Origin: an uncultured Planctomycetota bacterium
Lineage (GTDB): Bacteria > Planctomycetota > Planctomycetia > Gemmatales > Gemmataceae
NCBI GenBank assembly: GCA_963849325.1
Contig: CAWKHF010000005.1
Location: forward strand, 160,001 to 224,000
Direction of reading: 5' to 3'
DNA: 64,000 nt
Each line of letters starts with the position of its first letter. Positions within the stretch are counted from its first letter, which is position 1. Positions 45,482-56,058 of this stretch are shown piece by piece. Made by a program: the position numbers and the translations under genes. The notes beneath the pieces were generated by a model. That model was not told where the DNA came from, did not search any database, and saw only the letters and a program-made list of their open reading frames with translations.

Positions 45482-45564
45482 TTTTCTTCTTTGATCCCCA
45501 GCCGCGCCGGAGGTACGATGCGCGGAGTGGTCGTCAACTCGGTTTCCTTGCAAGGGGGGATGCC

Positions 45565-46841
45565 ATGTTCACGTTCTGGGGTTCCAGGCAGACGTTCTGC
45601 GACGGCCTGACGCGGCGGGGATTTCTCCGCGTCGGCGCCTTCGGGGCCGGACTGACGCTGGCCGAGATGCTGCGCCTCCGCGCCGGAGCGGGGACGTCCG
45701 CGCCGACCAAGTCCGCCATCATGATCTACCTGCCGGGCGGTCCGTCGCACATGGACATGTACGACCTCAAGCCGGAGGCGCCGGCGGAGTTCCGCGGCGA
45801 GTTCAAGCCGATCGCCACCAACGTGCCCGGCGTGCAGATCTGCGAGCACTTTCCGCTGCAGGCGAAGATGTGGGACAAGCTGGCCTGCGTCCGCTCGATC
45901 GTCTCGGTGGACGAGCACTCCGACACGCTGGTGATGACCGGCTACAGCGACCGCGAGAACCGCACGGCCGGCCATCCGTCGTTCGGCTCGGTGGTGTCGA
46001 AGACTGCGTGGCGGAACGCGACGTCGCTACCCCGCCGTTCGTCAGCCTGCGCGGCATGACGCGCGGCACCGAGCCGGGCTACCTCGGCATCGCGCATCGG
46101 CCGTTCACGCCCAACGGCCCCGGCCTGAACGACCTGCGCCTGGCCCGCGGCGTCAGCGCGGAACGACTGGGACGAGCGCAAGGACCTGCTGCAAGGCTTC
46201 GACGGCATTCGCCGCGACATCGACGCCTCCGGCACGCATGACCGGGCTGGACGCCTTCGCCGCCCGCGCCTTCGACATGGTTCCTCCGGCGCCGTCCGCA
46301 ACGCCCTCGATCTGAAGCAAGGAAGAGCCGAAGATCGCGCGACCGCTACAAGGGCGTCGAGCAGTTCCTGACGGCGCGCCGGCTGGTCGAGGCGGGCGTC
46401 GGCTGCGTCACGCTGTCGATCGGCGGCTGGGACACGCACGGCAACAACTTCAAGACGCTGGCCCGCCAACTGCCGCTGGTCGACCGCGGCATCGCCAACC
46501 TGATCCAGGATCTGCACGACCGCGGCATGGACAACGACGTGGTGACGGTGATGTGGGGCGAGTTCGGCCGCACGCCGCGCATCAACAAGGGGGCCGGCCG
46601 CGACCACTGGCCGCAGGTCATGTCGGCCCTGGTCGCCGGCGGCGGTCTGCGCATGGGCCAGGCCGTCGGCTCCAGCAGCGCGCGCGGCGAATATCCCAAG
46701 GACCGCCGCGTCACGGTGCCGCAGGTGCTCAGCACCCTCTACCGCGCCATCGGCATCGACCCGGGGCGGACCTTCCCCAACGGCAGCGGCCGGCCCATGT
46801 ACATCCTCGACGACCGCAGCCCGGTGACGGAATTGCTGTAA
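45565..46841 (+). CDS. DUF1501 family protein (frameshifted)
   Basis: TRRGFLRVG, YLPGGPSHMDMYDLKP, WDTH, WGEFGRTPRIN, GRDHWP. Confidence 0.92.
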
Positions 46842-46918
46842 GGAACAGGGAACAGGGAATAGAGGCGAGGCTTCTTCTCTCTTTCTATTCCCTGTTCCCT
46901 ATTCCCTATTCCCTGTTC
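46840..46918. repeat. Heptamer tandem repeat hairpin (AGGGAAC/AGGGAAT vs CTATTCC/CTGTTCC)
   Basis: ggaacagggaacagggaatag ... ctattccctgttccctattccctattccctgttc. Confidence 0.75.
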
Positions 46919-46927
46919 GGAAGGTCG

Positions 46928-47125
46928 TCAATCGCCGCCGCCGGAGGGGCCGACGAAGCGAATGACGCAATCGCGTGCATGGAGGCGGTGCTCCTGCCGA
47001 ATTTTGCACGCCTCCTCGTAGCTGGAGCAGGCGATTACCGGCCATTCGCTGTCTTCGGGCGGATCTTGCCGGTCCCGCCGACTGCGGACGTACACCACAA
47101 AACGGTCGTCGTGCGCTTCTTCCAT
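46928..47125 (-). CDS. Small hypothetical protein
   Basis: 65 aa MEEAHDDRFVVYVR...CSSYEEACKIR...CVIRFVGPSGGGD; GAGG upstream. Confidence 0.6.
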   Translation of the reverse strand: MEEAHDDRFVVYVRSRRDRQDPPEDSEWPVIACSSYEEACKIRQEHRLHARDCVIRFVGPSGGGD

Positions 47126-47364
47126 GGCGAGAACCCTCTCACAAGATAGGTCACCAGATACGTGGTTGAGTCCGGGTCCAGAGAGGAGATCGGCGTCGAT
47201 CCCGGATCGAGGTCTTAGATTACCAAAGATTCAGCAAATAGCAAGACCATTTTCTCGGATGCGCATTCTCCACATCTTGTTCGAGGGAAACGCATCGGAA
47301 TGCTGTCGTCGTTTCCGGTTGTGGTATAATCGCTGCCGCCCGACTCTTCCGCGAGGGACCGGCG

Positions 47365-48742
47365 ATGCTCCTGTTCGGCCGACTCCGCGCTCGCACCTGT
47401 CAGGGATCGGACGCGCCGCGCGCTTCTGCAGGTCGGCGCCAGTTCGGTACTCGGGCTGTCGCTGGCCGACCTTCTGCGTCTGCGGGCCGCCGGTTCGTCC
47501 ACGGACGGTTCGGCCCGCTCGGTCCTGTTGCTGTGGCTCTGGGGCGGCCCGGCCCACCTGGACACCTGGGACCCCAAGCCCGACGCTCCGCTCGAATATC
47601 GCGGCCCTTTCTCGGCCATCGCCACGTCGGTCCCCGGCGTCCGCGTCGGCGAGCTGTTCCCGCAAGATCGGCCCGGCGAGCGACTCGCTTCGCCCTCGTG
47701 CGCTCGCTGCACACCGGCTCCAACGACCACGGCGTCGCCGGCACCATCGGCCTGACCGGCAGCGCCGCCGGCGGCGTCGGCCTCGACGGCAAGCCGCTGC
47801 CCGGCTCGGCGCGGCCGGCGACCGGGCAGCGTGGTGGCGCGGGTGCGCGGCGCCGGCGTCGAAGCTGCCGCCGTTCCTCGTCGTCGGCGGCCGGCTGCAC
47901 CAGGGCAAGAAGGCCATCGTCGGCGAGGGCGGCGGCCCCCTCGGCGCCCTCGTACGACCCCTTCCGCCTCGAATACGACCCCGTCCACGGCACGCGCATC
48001 CCCGCCCTGCAACTGCCGCCCGACCTCACGCCGGAGCGCCTCGGCGACCGCCGCCGCCTGCTTGCAAGCCTTCGATCAGGCTGGCGCAGCGCGCCGAGGC
48101 TGCGCGGGCGGCGGAGCCCTGGACGACTACCGCCGTCAGGCGTTCGCCATGCTGACGTCGCCGGCCGCTCGGAAGATGTTCGACCTCGGCCGCGAACCGG
48201 CGTCGCTCAAGGACCGCTACGGCCGCACGCGCTTCGGCCAGTCGTGCCTGCTGGGCCGGCGGCTGATCGAGCACGGCGTGCCGTTCGTGCAGGTCAACTG
48301 GAGCGATCACGTCGAGGCGGAGGAGGACTCCGGCGACGGCGGCTGGGACCACCATTATCGGAATTTTCAGATCATGCAGGACCGTCATGCCCCCTGGCTC
48401 GACCAGGCGCTGTCGGCCCTGCTCGACGACCTGGCCGAGCGCGGCCTGCTGGAGCGAACGCTGGTGGTGGCGATGGGCGAGTTCGGCCGTTCGCCGAAGA
48501 TCAACGACAAGGCCGGCCGCGATCACTGGGAGCATTGCTACAGCGCCTTGTTGGCCGGCGGCGGCGTCCAGGGCGGCCGCGTCGTCGGCTCCAGCGACGC
48601 CCGCGGCGGACATCCGCACGACCGCGCCGTCACGCCCGCCGACATCGCCGCCACCGTGCAGCACGCCGTCGGCATCACCAGCGAGCAGGCCGCCACGCTC
48701 GGGCTGTCCGGGACGGGGAAGGTGATCGACGAGTTGTTCTGA
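47365..48742 (+). CDS. DUF1501 family protein (second; frameshifted)
   Basis: RRALLQVG, WLWGGPAHLDTWDPKP, YGRTRFGQSCLL, WDHH, MGEFGRSPKIN, GRDHW. Confidence 0.92.
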
Positions 48743-48769
48743 CATCCCTTGTTCCTCGGAGGATGCGTC

Positions 48770-49240
48770 ATGTCCCGACTCTTGCACCTCGGTCTGTTCC
48801 TCGGTTTGTTCGCTCTCGGTGTGCGGCCGGTATTCTCGGCCCCGGCGCCGCCATCGAGAGTCCCCAAGGAACTCCTGGAAGTTCGGCTCAAGGCGGCCAG
48901 CGATACATATAAACAGAACTTCGAGCGATTGCGCGGCGGGCAAGGGCTGCCGACGGAGCTGTTTGGCTGGTCGCGTCGCTGGCTCGATGCCGAGTTGGCT
49001 CTGAGTAAGGACAAGGCTGCCCGGCTGGCCGCCCTGCAAGCTCACGTGAAACGAACAAGGGAAGTGGAACGACTCATGCACACCTTTGCGCGGACAGGCC
49101 AGGGCAGACAGGCGGACGCCAGCGCCGCGACCTACTACCGCGCCGAGGCCGAAATTATGCTGATCGAGGCTGGAGGAGAGTTACCCAAACCGGACAAAGC
49201 ACCTGTCCTGCCGAGGAGAGACGAGAAGAAATCGCCCTGA
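48770..49240 (+). CDS. Exported all-helical protein (TolC/OEP-hairpin-like domain)
   Basis: Signal peptide; WSRRWLDAEL...TG...ATYYRAEAEI; aligns with the C-terminus of the ECF at 61601. Confidence 0.7.
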   Translation: MSRLLHLGLFLGLFALGVRPVFSAPAPPSRVPKELLEVRLKAASDTYKQNFERLRGGQGLPTELFGWSRRWLDAELALSKDKAARLAALQAHVKRTREVERLMHTFARTGQGRQADASAATYYRAEAEIMLIEAGGELPKPDKAPVLPRRDEKKSP

Positions 49241-49254
49241 GGAGGGAGCAAACC

Positions 49255-50001
49255 ATGCCCATGCACGACTGGACGCGCGTCGATGCGGGAATTTTCCACG
49301 CCTTCCATTTGGCCTGGCTCGGCATTCTCCAGAATGCCCTGAACTCCGGGCTGTTACCGCCAGGTTATTACGCCTTGGCGGAACAGATCGCCGGAGGGAT
49401 TGGGCCGGATGTCCTGACGCTGCAAACACCCAATCCGCCGGAAGGCGACAGCAGTGGAGACGTGCCAGGTGCCGTCGCCGTCGCCGTCGCTCCACCCAAG
49501 GTACGGCACACCCTTCGCCCGCCGATCGACGAGTACGTCTTTAAACAGCGGAGCCTTGTCCTTCGCCACGTCAGCAACCACCGGATGATTGCCCTCATCG
49601 AGATCCTCTCCTCGGGCAACAAGTCCAGCCGCCACGCCCTGCGCTCGTTCCTCGACAAGGCCGAGTCGGCCCTGGCGCACGGCATCCATCTTCTGCTGGC
49701 CGATCCGTACCCACCGGGGCCGCGCGATCCGCGCGGCATTCACGGGGCGTTGTGGGAACGCCTCTTCGGCGAGGCGGTCCCGACGCCGGAGAAGCCCTTG
49801 ACGCTGGTCGCTTACGCCGCCGGACGAGTGCCGACGGCCTACTTCGAGCCGCTGGCCGTCGGCGATGTCTTGCCGGACATGCCCCTGTTCCTCACCGCGG
49901 ACGAATACATCAACGTGCCGCTGGAGACGACCGATGGCGCCGCCTACGCAGGTGTCCCGCGCTACTACCGCACGATTCTCGAAACGCGGAACGCTCCATG
50001 A
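49255..50001 (+). CDS. DUF4058 family protein (restriction-endonuclease-like fold)
   Basis: MPMHDWTRVDAGIFHAFH, IEILSSGNK, GIHLLLAD, LPDMPLFL. Confidence 0.85.
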   Translation: MPMHDWTRVDAGIFHAFHLAWLGILQNALNSGLLPPGYYALAEQIAGGIGPDVLTLQTPNPPEGDSSGDVPGAVAVAVAPPKVRHTLRPPIDEYVFKQRSLVLRHVSNHRMIALIEILSSGNKSSRHALRSFLDKAESALAHGIHLLLADPYPPGPRDPRGIHGALWERLFGEAVPTPEKPLTLVAYAAGRVPTAYFEPLAVGDVLPDMPLFLTADEYINVPLETTDGAAYAGVPRYYRTILETRNAP

Positions 50002-50876
50002 ACCGCAACGTCCTCGCATTGGCCCTGCTGCTCGTGCTGTGCTCTTGGTGCCGCGGAGGAGAAGCGCCGGCCGTGGTCCGTCTCACCAAGGACGGCGATT
50101 TCAAACAACATCCGCAATGGGCGCCCGACGGCAAGAAACTGCTGCTGACGCGCATCCACGAGGGCAAGATGGGCCTGTGGCTGCTCAGCACGGACGGCTC
50201 CAGCCTCAAGCCGCTGCTGACGCCGCCGTCCGCCGCGCCGCACTTCGATGGCCACTGGGCGCCCGACAGCAAAAAGATCGCTTATGTCCACGACGTTCTG
50301 CAGGGCACCGACGGCAAACTGCAAATCAACACGGTCAACGCCGACGGTGGCGACGCGAAGGTGCTGATCCCGCACAAGGCGTTCGAGGAGTCGCCGCGCT
50401 GGTCGCCGGACGGCCGACGCCTCGCCTGGGTCAGCCTGCGCGACGGCAACCAGGAAATTTACACGGCCGACAACGACGGCAAGAACGTCCAGCGCCTGAC
50501 GCGCGCGACGGCGCCGGACAACAACCCAAGCTGGTCGCCCGACGGCAAGCGTCTTGCCTTCGCCAGTGCCCGCGCCGGCAATTTCGAGATTTACGTCATG
50601 AACGCCGACGGCACGGACGTTCGCCGTCTGACCAATCATCGCGCCCTCGATTCTTGGCCGACCTGGTCGCCCGACGGCCGGCGCCTCGCTTTCACGTCCA
50701 ACCGCGACGGCAATTACGAGATCTACGTCCTGAACGCCGACGGCGGCGGCCTGCGCAACCTGACTCGTCATCCGGGACAGGACAATTTCGCGGCGTGGTC
50801 GCCGGACGGCAAACGCCTCGCCTTCATCTCCAACCGCGATGGCGGACATGACGTGTACGTCATGGAAATGAAGTAA
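49998..50876 (+). CDS. Exported TolB-like PD40 beta-propeller protein
   Basis: Repeated PxWSPDGxRLAFxSxRDGNxEIYVxNADG. Confidence 0.92.
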   Translation: MNRNVLALALLLVLCSWCRGGEAPAVVRLTKDGDFKQHPQWAPDGKKLLLTRIHEGKMGLWLLSTDGSSLKPLLTPPSAAPHFDGHWAPDSKKIAYVHDVLQGTDGKLQINTVNADGGDAKVLIPHKAFEESPRWSPDGRRLAWVSLRDGNQEIYTADNDGKNVQRLTRATAPDNNPSWSPDGKRLAFASARAGNFEIYVMNADGTDVRRLTNHRALDSWPTWSPDGRRLAFTSNRDGNYEIYVLNADGGGLRNLTRHPGQDNFAAWSPDGKRLAFISNRDGGHDVYVMEMK

Positions 50877-51085
50877 GAGTGCCTTTCCTCTGGGCAGCGG
50901 CTGCTCAGTGCGTCATCTCCGCCAGAACGATGGTCCAGGCATCCCTTCCTCGACATTGGTCATCCTATCTCTTTTCTGAACAAGAACTTATTCACCGTGT
51001 CTCCCTCCTTGGGGCGCGGCGGTATCGGATTTGCTCAATGGGGGCTGGCCGGGTAAACGCAACCCAAGTTCGGGAGAGGCTGCTG

Positions 51086-54000
51086 GTGATCCGCAAACGA
51101 CGCAAGACCGTGGTGGTCATCGGCAACGGCATGGTGGGGCATCGCTTCTGCGAACGCCTCGTCGAGTTCGATGCCGCCCACGACTACCAGATCGTGACGT
51201 TTTGCGAGGAGCCGCGGCCGGCCTACGACCGCGTCAACCTCACCAAATACTTCGAGCATCGCCGGGCCGAAAAGCTCGCCCTGGCGACGCCGCAATGGTA
51301 CGACGGACAACGGCATCACGCCTGTTCGTCGGCGACCGGGCCACCGCGATCGACCGCGACAAGCGCGTGGTGCGCTCGGCCGGCGGCCGCGAGGTCCCCT
51401 ACGACTGCGTGGTGCTGGCGACCGGCTCGGCGCCGTTCGTGCCGCCGGTGCCGGGCATCGACAAGAAGGGCGTCTTCGTCTACCGCACCATCGAGGACCT
51501 GGAGCAGATCATCGCCTACGGCGGCGACCGTCAAGAAGGCGGCGGTCATCGGCGGCGGCCTGCTCGGCCTGGAGGCGGCCAAGGCGGCCTACGACCTCGG
51601 CCTGGAGACGCACGTCGTCGAGTTCGCCCCGCGCCTGATGCCGCGGCAGATCGACGACGCCGGCTCGCAAGGTGCTCGTCGGCAAGATCAACGCCCTGGG
51701 CGTCCAGGTCCACCTCAACAAGAACACCAAGGAAATCCTCGGCAACGGCAAGGTCGAGGGCATGGCCTTCGCCGACGGCGGCGAGCTGGACGTGAAGATG
51801 GTCGTCGTCTCGGCCGGCATCAAGCCGCGCGACGACCTGGCCCGCGCCTGCGGCCTGATGGTCGGCCAGCGCGGCGGCGTCGTCGTCGATGACCACCTGC
51901 GCACCTCCGACCCCGACATCTTCGCCATCGGCGAGGTCGCCCTGTACGGCGGCATGATCTACGGCCTGGTCGCGCCCGGCTACGAGATGGCCGAGATCGC
52001 CGCCGCCAACCTGACCGGCCAGGACGCGCGTCTTCAAGGGCGCCGACATGTCCACCAAGCTCAAGCTGATGGGCGTGGACGTGGCCAGCTTCGGCGACTG
52101 CTTCGCCGACGACAAGAAGGCCCGGCCGATCACCTATCGAAGACCCGTTCAAGGGATCGTACAAGAAGCTGCTGTTCAGCCTCGACGGCAGCCGGCTGCT
52201 GGGCGGCATCCTGGTCGGCGACGCCTCGGAATACGGGCAACTGTCGATGCTCGCCAAGAGCGACAAGCCGCTGGCGATGCCGCCGGGCGAGTTGCTGCTC
52301 GGCAAGAGCGACGGCAAGAGCGCCGGCGCGGCCCTGACCACCATCCCCAACGACACCCAGGTCTGCTCGTGCAACAACGTCAGCAAGGGCCAGATTTGCG
52401 ACGCCATCCGCGACAAGAACCTGACTTCGGTCGAGGAGATCAAGCTGTGCACGAAGGCCGGCACCGGCTGCGGCGGCTGTCTGCCGCTGGTCACCGACCT
52501 GTTCAAGGCCGCGATCAAGGCGTCCGGCAAGAAGGTCAACAACGCCCTGTGCGAGCACTTCGCCTGCACGCGGCAGGAGCTGTTCGAGATCGTCAAGATC
52601 AAGCGCATCCAGTCGTTCGACGAGCTGATCCGCGCCCACGGCCACGGCCAGGGCTGCGAGATCTGCAAGCCGGCCGTCGCCTCGATCCTGGCCAGCCTGT
52701 GGAACGAGAACGTCGTCGAACACACGACCATCCAGGACACCAACGACCGCTTCCTGGCCAACATCCAGCGCGGCGGCACGTACTCGGTGGTGCCGCGCGT
52801 GCCCGGCGGCGAGATCACGCCCGAGAAGCTCATCGTCCTCGGCCAGGTGGCCAAGAAGTACGGCCTGTACACGAAGATCACCGGCGGCCAGCGCATCGAC
52901 CTGTTCGGGGCGCGCGGTGCATCAGCTGCCGGACATCTGGGAGGAGCTGGTCGACGCCGGCTTCGAGAGCGGCCACGCCTACGGCAAGGCGCTGCGCACG
53001 GTCAAGAGCTGCGTCGGCACGACCTGGTGCCGCTACGGCGTGCAGGACTCGGTCGGCTTCGCCATCCGCGTCGAGAACCGCTACAAGGGCATCCGTGCGC
53101 CGCACAAGGTCAAGGCGGCCGTCTCCGGCTGCGTCCGCGAATGCGCCGAGGCCCAGAGCAAGGACTTCGGCATCATCGCCACCGAGAAGGGCTGGAACCT
53201 CTACGTCTGCGGCAACGGCGGCGCCAAGCCGCGCCACGCCGACCTGCTCGCCGCCGACCTCGACGCCGAGACGTGCATCCGGTACATCGACCGCTTCCTG
53301 ATGTACTACATCCAGACCGCCGACCGCCTGACGCGCACCTCGCGTCTGGCTGGAGAAGATGGAGGGCGGCATCGAGCTACCTGCGCGACGTCATCATCGA
53401 CGACTGCCTCGGCATCGGCGACGAGCTGGAGCGGCAGATGCAGTTCCTCGTCGGACACCTACAAGTGCGAGTGGGAGGAGGTCGTCAACGACCCGGAGAA
53501 GCGCCGCCTGTTCCAGCAGTTCGTCAACACCGACGAGACGGAGCCGACCATCGAGTTCGTCGACCGAGCGCGAGCAGCAGCGGCCGGCGGACTGGACCAC
53601 GTCGTTCGTCCCGGTCAATGAGTTGACGCTACGGACGGCGGTAAGCCAGGAGCGGACAGCCGGATCTGGGTCCAGGTCGGCAAGGTCTGGGACTTCCCGC
53701 ACGACGGCGGCGCGACGGTCAAGTACGGCAAGACGCAGATCGCCGTGTTCAACTTCGCCAGCCGCGGCGAGTGGTACGCCACGCCAGAACATGTGCCCGC
53801 ACCGGCGCGAGTTCGTCCTGTCGCGCGGCATGATCGGCGACCAGAACGGCAAGCCCAAGGTCGCCTGCCCGGTCCACAAGAAGACGTTTTCGCTGGAAAC
53901 CGGCGAGTGCCTCAGCGGCGAGGACTACTCGGTGCAGCGTCTTCCCGGTGAAGGTCGAGGGCGACGACGTGTATCTGCACCTGCCGCCGGCCGAAGAACT

Positions 54001-54136
54001 GGACGCCGTGCTGGCGACGGAGAAGACGTGCAACGGCTCGTGCCACTCTGTCGAGACCCAGCCGAAAAAAGTCTGGACCCATCGCAAGGCGAAGGTGCCC
54101 GAGCTGCTGCCGGCCGACCCCCACGCGGAAAATTAG
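51086..54136 (+). CDS. nirB: NADH-dependent nitrite reductase, large subunit fused to Rieske small subunit (frameshifted)
   Basis: VIGNGMVG, IGGGLLGLEAA, CSCNNV..CGGC BFD-like clusters, VKSCVGTTWCRYG, SGCVRECAE siroheme site, then CPH..CPVHKKTF Rieske (NirD). Confidence 0.93.
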
Positions 54137-54237
54137 AGGCACTAACCCAATAGGCGAGCGGGGGGCGTAAGCCCCCTGTTGACGGCGAAAAACAGGGGGC
54201 TTACGCCCCCCGCTCGCCAAAAAGTTACAGCTTCTTA
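54134..54237. mobile_element. MITE-like element: outer TIR TAGAGGCACTAAC with inner family-E hairpin
   Basis: Left end tagaggcactaac; right end gttacagcttctta (imperfect); inner 54152-54218 palindrome. Confidence 0.6.
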
Positions 54238-54316
54238 ACCACAGATCAACACAGATGAACACAGATAAACCTCTACAATAACGAGAGGAAGGGTTTATCT
54301 GTGTTCATCTGTGGTT
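54237..54316. repeat. Inverted repeat with AACACAGAT tandem arms
   Basis: aaccacagatcaacacagatgaacacagataa ... ttatctgtgttcatctgtggtt. Confidence 0.75.
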
Positions 54317-54331
54317 CATTTCGGGTCCATC

Positions 54332-55114
54332 ATGCGCAACGAGAGCGGCGGAGTCGGTCTGTTCGCCGGATGGGAGGCATTCGCCAACGGCATCGGCTTC
54401 CTCGTCGTCACGCCGCGCGTATGGGGTTATGCGCTGGTGCCGGTGACGATGCTGCTGCTGCTGTGTTGCGGCCTGTTCGGACTGGCCGTCTGGGGATCGA
54501 ATTGGCTGAGCGCATCCGTGTTCGGTCCCGACCCCGGCACGTGGGGGCGCGTCGGCTACTGGAGCATGACGATCGCCCTCTGGCTGGTGGGTCTCGTGGT
54601 GGCGGTGTTGCTGGCCCTGAGCCTGGCGCAGCCCTTGTCCGGCTGGGCCTTGGAGTCCATCTCGCACGCTCAGGAGGTCGCCCTGACCGGCACCGCCGCG
54701 CCGACGACGTCGTTTCTCGCCAATCTTCTCAGCACCGCCAAGGCCGTCGTCATCGCCCTGCTGGTAGGCGGGACGCTACTGGCGATCCTTTTTGTCATCA
54801 ACTTCTTCTTTCCACCGGCGATGATCGTCACGGTGCCGTTGAAGCTGATCGTCTGCGGCTGGATGCTGGCGTGGGACTTCCTCGATTATCCGTTGGCCAT
54901 GCGCGGCGTCGGGTTGGAGGGACGGTTCGCGTGGGTCGGGCGCAATTTCGGCGCCTTCACGCTGTTCGGCCTGCTGTGGGCGCTGCTGGTCGTGGTGCCG
55001 GGCGTGGTGCTGCTGGTGCTGCCGGCGGGCGTCGCCGGCGCCACGCGCCTCGTCGTGGCCGACGAGCGCCTCCGCCGCAATCCGCGCCATGCCGTTGACG
55101 TTCTTCCCGTTTAA
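54332..55114 (+). CDS. EI24/CysZ-like membrane protein
   Basis: Multi-TM; WGYALVP, LAQPLSGWALESIS, LAWDFLDYPL. Confidence 0.8.
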   Translation: MRNESGGVGLFAGWEAFANGIGFLVVTPRVWGYALVPVTMLLLLCCGLFGLAVWGSNWLSASVFGPDPGTWGRVGYWSMTIALWLVGLVVAVLLALSLAQPLSGWALESISHAQEVALTGTAAPTTSFLANLLSTAKAVVIALLVGGTLLAILFVINFFFPPAMIVTVPLKLIVCGWMLAWDFLDYPLAMRGVGLEGRFAWVGRNFGAFTLFGLLWALLVVVPGVVLLVLPAGVAGATRLVVADERLRRNPRHAVDVLPV

Positions 55115-55216
55115 GAGGCACTAACAAAAAGGCGAACGGCCGGCGTCAGTCGGCTGGTTGCAGCCTTATACCAGCCGGCTGACGCCGGCCGTTCGCCCAT
55201 AAAGTTAGTGGCTCTA
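55112..55216. mobile_element. MITE-like element: outer TIR TAAGAGGCACTAAC / GTTAGTGGCTCTA with inner family-D hairpin
   Basis: Same outer ends as the 54134 element but a different inner palindrome; followed by half of a family-A repeat (55218-55237). Confidence 0.65.
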
Positions 55217-55230
55217 ACTGCGCGTCGCGG

Positions 55231-55691
55231 CTAAACGGAGGGACTTCCGTCCAGCAGTTGAACCAACTTCTGCCGGCGGTACTCGAAGATCCACTTCAGC
55301 TCGCGCTCGACGGCGGCGGCGGTGACGACGAAGCCGAGCAGGCCGCCGGGCGTCTCGAAGTCGATGCGATCCGTCACGCGCGTACCGCCGTCGGCCAGCG
55401 CCTCGAAGCGATGCGTGTGCATCCACTTCTTGAACGGCCCTTCGCGCTGCTCATCGACGAAGTGATGCTCCGGCTCCCAGACCGTCACCTCGCTGACCAA
55501 CCGCTGCGACAGGCCCCAGCGTCGGCCTTGCAGCGTGACGCGAGCGCCCAACCGCAGCTGCTCGGGGCGCTGACGAGCTGGGCGTGCAGTTCCGGGGGAG
55601 ATATTTTCAGCAGGTTGGCGGGGCGGCTGAAGAAGTCGAAGACGCGCCCCAGAGGGGCGGGCAGGTCCTCGATCATCTCGAAACGCGGCAT
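55231..55691 (-). CDS. SRPBCC family protein (frameshifted)
   Basis: VFDFFSRPANLLKISPP; FVDEQREGPFKKWMHTHRF; TRVTDRIDF; IFEYRRQKL. Confidence 0.88.
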
Positions 55692-55786
55692 GACAGCGGT
55701 TCCTCGCGGGCCGGATGGACCTTGGCAAATGCGAATAGATTCATTGTAATTGACGGGGAGGGGGAATTTCCAAAGGAGTTGTGCCC

Positions 55787-56053
55787 ATGCGTTTGGAAGA
55801 TCTGCAAGATGTTCTGCGGCAAAGGCCTTTCCGACCCTTCCGTCTGGTGGTGAGCAGCGGTTCCGCCTTCGAGGTGCGGCACCCGGAGCTGTGCCTTCCG
55901 GGCCGTCGTTCCGTATTCGTCGGCGTGCCGGCTCCGGGCGAAGTTGAACCCGTCTACGACCGCTTTGCCATCCTGGATTTGGCCCACGTCACTCATGTTG
56001 AACCGCTCGAACCGCCCACAGCTTCCGCTCCCGGCACGGCCGCCAGCGGTTGA
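55787..56053 (+). CDS. Small conserved planctomycete protein (PFxPF family), paralog 3
   Basis: MRLEDLQDVLRQRPFRPFRLVVSSGSAFEVRHPE...LDLAHVTHVEPL; AAGGAG RBS. Confidence 0.82.
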   Translation: MRLEDLQDVLRQRPFRPFRLVVSSGSAFEVRHPELCLPGRRSVFVGVPAPGEVEPVYDRFAILDLAHVTHVEPLEPPTASAPGTAASG

Positions 56054-56058
56054 TATTC

